In this document: piece after piece, positions 56,429 through 64,000 of the stretch
Numbering within the stretch: position 1 is the stretch's first letter
Layout: each line of letters begins with the position of its first letter
From: an uncultured Enterobacteriaceae bacterium
Lineage (GTDB): Bacteria > Pseudomonadota > Gammaproteobacteria > Burkholderiales > SG8-39
Direction: 5' to 3'
Length of the DNA stretch: 64,000 bases
NCBI GenBank assembly: GCA_964617355.1
Contig: CAZTXP010000146.1
Location: forward strand, 6,371 to 70,370
Translations under genes and position numbers: made by a program
Notes under the pieces: model-generated
Seen by the model: only the letters and a program-made list of their open reading frames with translations
Databases searched by the model: none
What the model was told of the DNA's origin: nothing

Positions 56429-56551
56429 ATGCGCACCCCCGACCCCCGCTTCGAGAACCTGCCTGGTTTCCCCTGGTCACCGAAGTACTGGGAGTGGAAG
56501 GGCCTGCGCGGGCACTGCCTCGACGAAGGCGCGGGAGAGGCGTTCGCCTGA
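56429..56551 (+). pseudogene. Duplicated 5' fragment (about 40 codons) of the haloalkane dehalogenase gene at 61391
   Basis: MRTPDPRFENLPGFPWSPKYWEWKGLRGHCLDEGAGEAFA* versus MRTPDSRFANLPGFPWSPRYWEWKGLRGHYLDEGAGD.. About 90% nucleotide identity over about 110 bp. Confidence 0.65.
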
Positions 56552-56569
56552 CGGAAGCGGAGAAACGGT

Positions 56570-56864
56570 GATGACCAAGGCATTCGCCAGCATCAAGCGG
56601 GGGCTCCAGCAGGCGATCCGCCACCGCAAGGGCAAGCGGGTGGCGGGCCTGCGCCTGAACGTCGCACCGGAAGTCGACGTCAAGTCGATCCGCGAGCGCA
56701 CCGGGCTGACCCAGGTGCAGTTCGCCGCCACCTTCGCGATCAGCCTCGGTGCGCTGCGCCATTGGGAGCGGGGCGACCGCAAGCCGCGCGGCACGGCGCT
56801 GGTCCTGCTGAATGTCATCGCGAAGGAGCCGCAGGCGGTGCTGCGCGCCGTCGTGCGGGCCTGA
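56570..56864 (+). CDS. XRE-family HTH regulator/antitoxin-like protein (YiaG/HigA2-like)
   Basis: ..SIRERTGLTQVQFAATFAISLGALRHWERGDRKPRGTALVLL.. Confidence 0.65.
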
Positions 56865-56980
56865 GGCTGGTTAAAGGGCGGGAAGGGAAGCTATCCGACT
56901 CTGACCCGGAATTTCCGGAATTTCAGTTAGGTGTGGGTGGTCGCGATGCCTTCGACAACTGTAGTGTAGTCGAGCGCGGA

Positions 56981-58612
56981 TTACTTCTTTTCGAACAGTT
57001 CGTGGAGTTGCCCGAAATATGACTGGTCTGCTTCCGCGAGTTCACGCACCGCTCGTCGGGCAGATGAAAGTGATCTCTCGAGCGGTTCCAGCTTTCGCCA
57101 GGCAGACGACACCTGAAAGCCGGCGATGGTACCGATATCCGTTGGCGTCACCAACTTGGCGATCTCGTTCAATCTCGGCGCGGCAAGCGACACGCAGGAA
57201 CGCGCGATGTGGGTCGGGCCGAAGACCTGCAGCGACTTCGCGAGGATGTCAGACTGGCTCGCGGCGAACCGGACGCGCATCGCCTCGGCCGGCAGCACGG
57301 ACGGAGACGATTCGAGTTCCCGCTTCCGGCTAGCCTCTTCCAACCGGCGCTCAATCGACACCTTGACTCCACCTAGGGCGGGATCCAACGAAATGCGCAC
57401 GCACTCCAGCGCGCTCGTACTCATGACCTCTCTCAAGGCGTGCCGAAACGCGAGAAAACGCGTTCCGCTCGGTGATTCAAGAAATGTGACCAGCAATTCC
57501 AGTTCGACCGGCGTGAGTTCCTTGGCGAGCGACGTGGCATAGAACGTCGTCGCGTCCACGCCGTGGCTGATGCGTACGGGCTGCACGCGCTGAAGATGGG
57601 TGCGTGTCAAATCGATGGCGGCGCTGGCGTCATCCGGCAGGCGTAATCCGCGCGCGGCCAGGACCTCGGATGGAAACGCAAAGATGATCGCAAGATTGGA
57701 CCTTCCCTGGTCATCGGCGAACCCGCGCTGGGTTTCGTCGACGCCGAGCAATCTAGCGACTGCGCGGGCCATTTCGGCGGGTGTGCGCTTGTCCACGCCG
57801 AAAAGCCCGAACTCGCGTGCTAGCGCCCGGCCTTTGGCGATCGCAGCCCTGCGATCCTCTGCTCCGGCGCTGGCGTAAGGGGATGCAAGCCCTGGCGAGT
57901 CGAGAAAGCTTCGGGGAGACCCTTCAAGGTATTCGCTGGTCAGCGCATGGTATGCGAGTCCGATGGCGGGCCCGATCGGAGACCAGTCCTTTCCCACGTG
58001 CGGGTAGAGCCACATCAGCGAGCTGACCAGGCGGCTCTTCGATTCCTCCTTGGCAACGTGCTGATGCCAGAGTCGAGCGAGCCGGCGGGCCTCCTCGGGA
58101 TTCGGGGGAACATTGGGGATGCGCTGGAATTCCGCGACGTTCCGGTCGCCGACGAGGATGCCGAGTGCGAGCCGGCAGGCCCTGGGCGTTCCCGCTTCGC
58201 AAGCGTCGCCGGCCAGCGCCATCGCTCGCTTGACTGCTTCCGGATCAGCGGGCGTGGCGGACGCCGCCCTCGAAAGGAGATCCATTGCAAGGAGCAGCTT
58301 GCCCTGTGCATCGCCAAGCGATGCCGCATGTTCAAGGGCTTCCGTGCGCAGCGAGGCGCGCTTCGTCGCGTCGCCTGCGTGCCCGCCGGCATAGAGGGCG
58401 GCAAGGAGTTTCGCAGCGCGGGGATCGGTCTGCGCACTCTTCTGCAGGGTCGCTTCCGCGGTCGCCATGTCCCAGCGGTCATATGCGGATTGGCCCGCTT
58501 CGTAGTCGGCAACCGAGGCGGTCGCAGCGAGCGCCAGGGTCACGGCAACGGCGGCCGCCGAGCGCAAGTGAGAGAACCGGCACTTGCTCGAATCGGGGAG
58601 GGGGGAGTTCAT
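56981..58612 (-). CDS. Secreted hypothetical protein with Sel1/TPR-like N-terminal repeats
   Basis: ATG at 58610..58612 after GGGGAGGGGGGAG. Signal peptide MNSPLPDSSKCRFSHLRSAAAVAVTLALAATASVA. Confidence 0.6.
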   Translation of the reverse strand: MNSPLPDSSKCRFSHLRSAAAVAVTLALAATASVADYEAGQSAYDRWDMATAEATLQKSAQTDPRAAKLLAALYAGGHAGDATKRASLRTEALEHAASLGDAQGKLLLAMDLLSRAASATPADPEAVKRAMALAGDACEAGTPRACRLALGILVGDRNVAEFQRIPNVPPNPEEARRLARLWHQHVAKEESKSRLVSSLMWLYPHVGKDWSPIGPAIGLAYHALTSEYLEGSPRSFLDSPGLASPYASAGAEDRRAAIAKGRALAREFGLFGVDKRTPAEMARAVARLLGVDETQRGFADDQGRSNLAIIFAFPSEVLAARGLRLPDDASAAIDLTRTHLQRVQPVRISHGVDATTFYATSLAKELTPVELELLVTFLESPSGTRFLAFRHALREVMSTSALECVRISLDPALGGVKVSIERRLEEASRKRELESSPSVLPAEAMRVRFAASQSDILAKSLQVFGPTHIARSCVSLAAPRLNEIAKLVTPTDIGTIAGFQVSSAWRKLEPLERSLSSARRAVRELAEADQSYFGQLHELFEKK

Positions 58613-58647
58613 GCTGCGCAAAGCATTCACGCCGTGTGATGTGCCGA

Positions 58648-60549
58648 CTACTTCTTCGTGCTCTCGAGCGGCGTCGGCGATCGCTCGATGTACATCTCCG
58701 AAGTGACGCCTCCGGCCGTCTGGTCCCCGGGCTTCGGCGGGATGTAGCCGCTGACGCGCGAAACAATCGTCAGCTTCCGGTCGCAGAGCTCGAATGTCCA
58801 GCGCTCGATGGAGGTGAACCGGTTTGTCGCCGACGGGGCCTGCGCGCATTCGACCAGCGCTACGTCGACGGTGCTGCACGCCGCCTCCGTCTTCGCGTAT
58901 GCCTGCATGCGGTCCATCAGGGAGGCGACCTCCGGCATCACGTCGGGGCAGCGCTTGCCCGCGTAGGCCGGCGGTACGCCGGCCGGCGCCGGACGTGCAA
59001 CGGCGGGGCGCGGCGATTCCCCGGAGAAGAGGGGCGGCACCGTGTAGGCCACCGGGTCCGCGCGCGTCGCCGCGGGGGAGAACGTGGTGTTGACCAGGGT
59101 CGTGCGGCCATAGCCGAAATTCCGCGTGCCCTCGACCGCGTAGATCACGGGCCCGGCGGAATGGCTGACCTCGACGGATCCGCGGGTCACGTATACGCCA
59201 GGCACGAACGGCGTGCCGACAGGGCCGCTCTCGTGGGACAGCGACACCGGACCGTCGGCGATCACGATGAGGCCGCCGCCATGCGCGATCTCGACCGGGC
59301 CGCGCGCGATGATGATCGAGTTGCGCGCGACGCCGACCTTTACCGCCCCGTCGGCCACCAGGATCGTTTCGGAGAGCCGGACGGATTCAGCGAAGCCCGG
59401 CTCCACCTGCAACCGCGCGGAGCCGATGAACGCGTACTTTGCCTGCAGGTCGGGAGGCAACTGGAGCGCCTCGAACACGCGGCGCACGGCCTGCACGACC
59501 CGGGCCCTCGGAACTTGCGCGGCAGGCACGCCCGCCAGGGCGAGCGCGTCCTCGGCGGCGAATGCCGTCGGCCTCGCTGGCAACGGACGCGGTTGGCGAG
59601 CAGGCTGAGCGCCAGACTGCACGACGATCGAGTGGTCGTAGAGCGGCTCGCCGGCCGGCGTCGCCTTGCCCGTGCGCTTCGACTCCACCCGTACGTTCAT
59701 CTCCTTGCCGCACATCTGCAAGGCCCACAGCTCCCTCGACCCGGACTTGTCGGCCCCGGCGTCCTCCTGTTCGCAGCGCACGACGGCGGAGTCGACCTTC
59801 GTGCAGTTGCCCATGCGGCGTGCGTGCGGCAACAGCTGCGAGAGCACGTTCGTGTTGTCGGCGATCGCCGTCTTGCAGCGGACGCCGGAGTGCAGCACCG
59901 ACTCGCCCGAGTCCACCTGCATGCCGCCATCCTCCGGCGGCCGGATCGGCTCGCCCTGGAACAGCGGCGGCCGGGTGTACAGGTAGGCCAGGTAGCCGCC
60001 CTCGATCTTCACCGCGGAGTTGTATGCCGTGAACGGCTCGCTCGAAGTGACCTTCGCGCCGTCGACCGCATAGACGATCGGCGAGACGCCGCTGTCGATG
60101 GCGATTGCCCGGCGCGCGACATAGATCCCCGGGGTCGATTCCCGGGCGATCCGGACGTTGCCGCGAGAAACGACGACCGCGTTGCGCGCATCGCCGATCT
60201 CTACGTCGCCTTCGGCGACGACGAGCGTGCCATTCGCGCTGCCCAGCTTGACCGCCCCTGCCGCCAGCAGGATCAGCGGACCTGTCGTGGGCAGGTTGGC
60301 GCCATGCGTCGCGCGCCGGATCGGCGCGGTCCTCAGATTGACGACTGCCGCCCGGCGGTCATCCGCCACCTCGAGCCGCTCGAGCATGCCGTCGAGCGCA
60401 TCGTGGACGCTCGCCGGAGTCGCGCGCGCCTGCAGTCGCGCCGCGAAGGCGAGCACATTTTCGCCTCGGAACACCGATTGGGCGCCGCCCGTGAGCGGCA
60501 GCGCCATGAATCCCAAGGCCAGTCCCGTGACCGCGAGCACTCGCAACAT
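58648..60549 (-). CDS. Secreted hypothetical protein with two-fold internal repeat (beta-rich G/V/A modules + Cys-containing subdomains)
   Basis: Signal peptide MLRVLAVTGLALGFMALPLTGGAQS. The module ..GTLVVAEGDVEIGDARNAVVVSRGNVRIA.. is repeated as ..ETILVADGAVKVGVARNSIIIARGPVEIA.. Confidence 0.6.
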   Translation of the reverse strand: MLRVLAVTGLALGFMALPLTGGAQSVFRGENVLAFAARLQARATPASVHDALDGMLERLEVADDRRAAVVNLRTAPIRRATHGANLPTTGPLILLAAGAVKLGSANGTLVVAEGDVEIGDARNAVVVSRGNVRIARESTPGIYVARRAIAIDSGVSPIVYAVDGAKVTSSEPFTAYNSAVKIEGGYLAYLYTRPPLFQGEPIRPPEDGGMQVDSGESVLHSGVRCKTAIADNTNVLSQLLPHARRMGNCTKVDSAVVRCEQEDAGADKSGSRELWALQMCGKEMNVRVESKRTGKATPAGEPLYDHSIVVQSGAQPARQPRPLPARPTAFAAEDALALAGVPAAQVPRARVVQAVRRVFEALQLPPDLQAKYAFIGSARLQVEPGFAESVRLSETILVADGAVKVGVARNSIIIARGPVEIAHGGGLIVIADGPVSLSHESGPVGTPFVPGVYVTRGSVEVSHSAGPVIYAVEGTRNFGYGRTTLVNTTFSPAATRADPVAYTVPPLFSGESPRPAVARPAPAGVPPAYAGKRCPDVMPEVASLMDRMQAYAKTEAACSTVDVALVECAQAPSATNRFTSIERWTFELCDRKLTIVSRVSGYIPPKPGDQTAGGVTSEMYIERSPTPLESTKK

Positions 60550-60658
60550 GGCCGGTCGGGATCCCGGCGCGTGCGCTTGGATGTCCGAAGGGGTAGTCAA
60601 GGATCGCGATGTCGACTGGAAAAGGCGGAGCCTCATGGATTCGGCAGAACGGGGACGG

Positions 60659-61189
60659 TCAATTCTTCGGCGGTACGCACGACGGGTCTCCGGACGATGC
60701 ATCGATCCGCGCGCCTCGGTGGATTGCCGTGCCGCGAATGCAGGTGGGCCGGCATCCCATGTCGTACTCGGTGACCTGGGCGGGCTTTCCGCAGCTGGAC
60801 GCGTTCGTGCAGGTCCATTTCTCCCATTCGTGTCCGACGGCCCGTTCGAAGACCAGTTCGTCTACCGCCACGCGCGCCGCTGCAGGCGACATTTCCTTCG
60901 TGACCCATACCTCGAAGTAGTGCTCGGCGCTGTTCCCGTGGCACTCGCGCTTCCATGCCGCGTGGATCCAGAGCGGTCCCTTGCGGTCGCCATCCAGTTC
61001 GAACGTCACGGGCCGGACCCGGCCAGCCCCGCGCTGCCGAGCTTCTTCGTTGGCGCTTGCATGGTGGATGGACGACGAGCGCTGCCCCTCCGCGACATAC
61101 AGAGGCTTTGCCCGCAGGTGATCATCGTGCATAGCGCAACCCGCGCAGGCGGAAAGCGCGATCGCGACGGTCATATGCTGTAGGTTCAT
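60659..61189 (-). CDS. Hypothetical lipoprotein (176 aa, Cys/His/Trp-rich)
   Basis: Lipobox IALSAC. ATG at 61187..61189. Confidence 0.55.
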   Translation of the reverse strand: MNLQHMTVAIALSACAGCAMHDDHLRAKPLYVAEGQRSSSIHHASANEEARQRGAGRVRPVTFELDGDRKGPLWIHAAWKRECHGNSAEHYFEVWVTKEMSPAAARVAVDELVFERAVGHEWEKWTCTNASSCGKPAQVTEYDMGCRPTCIRGTAIHRGARIDASSGDPSCVPPKN

Positions 61190-61390
61190 CGCGGCGGACT
61201 CCGGGTGCGCGGGAAATCCGTCCCGGCGGGCGGCACGAAGTATGGTACTGCTCGGGGTCGGGTGTTCCAATCGCGATTCGGGCCGATGGGAATATGTACA
61301 CCGAAGGTCGCTAAGTGTCGGGTCTCCGAGACGGGAGTGCTTGTCTGCGAACGCATCGACACTGGGAGCGCGAATGACTATCGTCTCCCC

Positions 61391-62275
61391 ATGCGCACCC
61401 CCGACTCCCGCTTCGCCAACCTCCCCGGTTTCCCCTGGTCACCGAGGTACTGGGAGTGGAAGGGCCTGCGCGGGCACTACCTCGACGAGGGCGCGGGCGA
61501 CAGGACGCTGCTCTGCCTGCACGGCGAGCCGACGTGGAGCTACCTGTACCGCAGGATGATCCCGCCGTTCCTCGCGGCGGGCTGGCGGGTGGTGGCGCCG
61601 GATTTCCTCGGCTTCGGCCGCTCGGACAAGCCGGAGGACGAGGGCTTCTACACCTTCGACATGCACCGGGCGTTCCTGCTCGATTTCGTCGAGCGGATGG
61701 ATCTCGAGCACGTGGCGCTGGCCGTGCAGGACTGGGGCGGGCTGATCGGCCTGACGCTGCCGATGGAGGCCCCCGCGCGCTACGAGCGGCTGCTCATCAT
61801 GAACACCGCGCTCGGCACGGGCGAATCCCCGCTCACCCCGGGCTTCATCGCGTGGCGCGACTACGTGGCGAAGACGCCGAGCATGGACTGCGGAAAGCTC
61901 CTCGCGCGCGCCTGCCCGCATCTAAGCGAGGCCGAGGCGCTCGCCTACGAGGCGCCGTTCCCCGACGCGGCGTCGAAGGCCGGCGTGCGGCGCTTCCCGC
62001 AGCTCGTGCCCGACCGGCCCGACGCGCCGGGCGCGGCGGTCTCCCGCCGCGCGCGCGACTGGTGGCGCAGCGCGTGGCAGGGCGAGACCTTCATGGCGAT
62101 CGGCGCGAAGGACCCGGTGCTCGGCCCGCCGGTGATGCACGCGCTGCGCTCGATCATCCGCGGCTGCCCGGAACCGTGGATCCACCCCGAGGGCGGGCAT
62201 TTCCTGCAGGAGTGGGGTGGGGAGGTGGCGGGGGAGGTGCTAGGACGGTGGCGCAAGTGTCGAGCGGATTCCTAG
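61391..62275 (+). CDS. Haloalkane dehalogenase-like alpha/beta hydrolase
   Basis: HGEPTWSYLYR.., the nucleophile elbow VQDWGG, and a C-terminal catalytic His (GGHFLQE). Confidence 0.85.
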   Translation: MRTPDSRFANLPGFPWSPRYWEWKGLRGHYLDEGAGDRTLLCLHGEPTWSYLYRRMIPPFLAAGWRVVAPDFLGFGRSDKPEDEGFYTFDMHRAFLLDFVERMDLEHVALAVQDWGGLIGLTLPMEAPARYERLLIMNTALGTGESPLTPGFIAWRDYVAKTPSMDCGKLLARACPHLSEAEALAYEAPFPDAASKAGVRRFPQLVPDRPDAPGAAVSRRARDWWRSAWQGETFMAIGAKDPVLGPPVMHALRSIIRGCPEPWIHPEGGHFLQEWGGEVAGEVLGRWRKCRADS

Positions 62276-62359
62276 AGCGCTTTGACATCACACCGAAACG
62301 ATCCAAAACTGCGTTCTCGTTGGTGCAAGTGCAGACGCTGCTGCTATAGCATCCGACTT

Positions 62360-64000
62360 TCACTCTGGTTCTTCTAGATTTAGGCCGTGCTTTGTCAAAT
62401 CAATGCCTAGATCACGAAGAATTGAGTGTGCGCGACGACGCCCTTTCTTGCTATCACCCGCAGACGAAATCGCCACTTCGACCAGCTTACTTTCGAGATC
62501 GCTTGAGCGTGCGCGTTCCGACTCAAGCTCCTTCTCAATCTCCGCAGCTGCATCGACCCAATGTTCTACGCGGCGATCTAGAGAAAAGCCGGCGTCCTTT
62601 GCTGTTCTTACAAGATCAAGTACCGCGTCTGCATGAACATCCGGGTCATCCGTGCGCGCGGCCTGCCTAACGCTTGACAGCTTTTCCCGCAGGCTTTCAC
62701 GAAGATCCCATTCCAACTTGGGCAAGAACTCAGAAGATAGATCGACTCCGTTGGCCGTAAGCTCGGTGATTTCGTGATTCATTAAGTGCGCTGCTGCGGA
62801 TATTGCTGGATTAAACAGAAGAGAAACGACATCACTATCGTCAATGACTGCGCCGCACGTGAACTCGGCTAATTCCGGAAGCGTATGCGTAAAGACGTGA
62901 ACCTTCGCTAGCGGAGGCCAATGGGGTGAGTTCTCGGCAATTACGAATGCACGATCCTCGCTGACCAGGTAGCCAACTGGTACCGACTGTCCGCCGTCCT
63001 TCGCGGGGTGTGCAAAGTACATCGCCATGCGAATGTCATCGCGCACACGCTGTAGCTTTTGAGCTTCCTCACGAAACTCCGCTTTCATCCTCGATTGCTC
63101 TTTCCCTTCAACCAAGTAGGCGCTGAGTTCGTTAAGCTTTTCAGCGGAACTTTCGGGGATTTCGATTTCCGAGATGCGTACGAAATCTAGTTGTCGCGAA
63201 AGCAGGTGAAGGATGTAATCGAACGATGAGGTATCTCGATTGTAGCGAGCCCAATAGTTAGACCAATCTCCCTTGAATGCGCCATTCCTTTTCGCAAAAT
63301 AGAATCCGCGTACGATCGCGCTCCAGACATTGCCGTCCACCATCGCGGGCGACATTCGGAGAAGTGAATTCTCGAAGCGATGAAACGTTCTGTCGGCGCG
63401 AGATATGTGGTCGGCGACTTCTAGCAAGACCTTGTCCGTAACGGCGAATTTGACGCCCGCATCATTAATTGCCTTTGCCGAGATTCGCAATGCGCGAGCT
63501 TCGGGTAGGTCGTCAACGATGGTATTCAGGACGGCGTCGGTGTCTAGTGCAATCAGTGATCGCTGCATCACTGTTTGCTGCCACCGGCGACCCAGCGGAT
63601 CAAGATTTCGAATCGCTAACGCACTGTATGTTCGGACAAATGGCGCGAGCTGCTTCCAGTTCTCCGGAATCTCCACAAAACCAGCGACGGCAATTAGGGC
63701 GGTAGTGCCGACTTCGGCGGGAAGATCCTTGGCAAGAATTGGGCGAAGGTCCTGTACTGTGCTTGCTGCAGTTGCGGGGATATCTTTGTCCGGCTGAATT
63801 GGTCCATACGCCCTTAGTAATGAAAGGACCGCTCGGCGCAAATTTCGTTCCAGGTATCCAGAGAGGGCCCCGGAAATCTGGGCATGGGGATAAGTGGAGC
63901 TCTGCTCTAATGGGCGCATAGGCGTCCGAGGAGAGAGAGCGATGAGAAGGCCCCGCCGCAACCACACAGCGGCATTCAAGGCGAAGGTGGCGATCGCCGC
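62360..64000 (-). CDS. Large hypothetical protein in low-GC segment; reading frame open to window edge (5' partial or TTG/ATG start near 63919..63979)
   Basis: At least 539 aa. GC drops to about 50% from 62280. No family recognised. Confidence 0.5.
   Translation of the reverse strand, partial: AAIATFALNAAVWLRRGLLIALSPRTPMRPLEQSSTYPHAQISGALSGYLERNLRRAVLSLLRAYGPIQPDKDIPATAASTVQDLRPILAKDLPAEVGTTALIAVAGFVEIPENWKQLAPFVRTYSALAIRNLDPLGRRWQQTVMQRSLIALDTDAVLNTIVDDLPEARALRISAKAINDAGVKFAVTDKVLLEVADHISRADRTFHRFENSLLRMSPAMVDGNVWSAIVRGFYFAKRNGAFKGDWSNYWARYNRDTSSFDYILHLLSRQLDFVRISEIEIPESSAEKLNELSAYLVEGKEQSRMKAEFREEAQKLQRVRDDIRMAMYFAHPAKDGGQSVPVGYLVSEDRAFVIAENSPHWPPLAKVHVFTHTLPELAEFTCGAVIDDSDVVSLLFNPAISAAAHLMNHEITELTANGVDLSSEFLPKLEWDLRESLREKLSSVRQAARTDDPDVHADAVLDLVRTAKDAGFSLDRRVEHWVDAAAEIEKELESERARSSDLESKLVEVAISSAGDSKKGRRRAHSILRDLGIDLTKHGLNLEEPE

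Noticed and set aside
56332-56571. 79 aa ORF upstream of the XRE gene
   Set aside because: It is the wrong frame of the duplicated dehalogenase 5' fragment. The homologous frame (56429..56551) terminates early.
1-64000. CRISPR arrays, rRNA genes, IS elements/transposases, integrases
   Set aside because: No direct-repeat/spacer periodicity, no rRNA-like conserved blocks, and no DDE/tyrosine-recombinase-like ORFs were seen. The islands appear integrase-less within this window.

Overview
The window is about 70% GC and looks like a betaproteobacterial (probably Burkholderiales) chromosome segment. The placement rests on Bug/TctC orphan binding proteins, a Liv-type ABC operon and a soluble NAD-reducing hydrogenase locus; it cannot be confirmed without database searches. 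Core content: (1) a livK-H-M-G-F branched-chain amino acid ABC operon (7074..11624, minus strand). (2) A soluble NAD-reducing [NiFe] hydrogenase locus hoxFUYH plus hoxW protease and hypA-B-F-C-D-E (25744..35356, minus strand). It has a short HypF1-like carbamoyltransferase and a HypA that lacks the zinc-finger region. (3) A selD gene (40936..41982) with an in-frame UGA (Sec) codon followed by a SECIS-like hairpin, which the ORF track split. (4) Assorted periplasmic binding proteins, hydrolases and regulators, and two toxin-antitoxin modules. Accessory content: (a) a 4.9 kb segment (48129..53064) bracketed by about 190 bp direct repeats of the 3' end of an MmyB-like regulator gene. It carries a three-gene HExxH-peptidase / classical-AAA ATPase / SPFH cassette that looks like a split FtsH-HflK/C-like module, and an array of five tRNA-like genes of which two appear degenerate. 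(b) A second segment (56552..61390) bracketed by a duplicated 5' fragment of a haloalkane dehalogenase gene, encoding an XRE regulator and three secreted proteins of unknown function. (c) Two paralogous nucleotidyltransferase + small-ORF pairs, one apparently displacing the 5' end of higB. (d) A low-GC (about 50%) tail from 62280 with a large hypothetical gene that runs off the window. Other oddities are a TPR plus beta-barrel outer-membrane gene interrupted by an in-frame TAG, a secreted CHAT-domain protease, and an ArfB with GGH in place of GGQ. No CRISPR arrays, rRNA genes, transposases or integrases were recognised.
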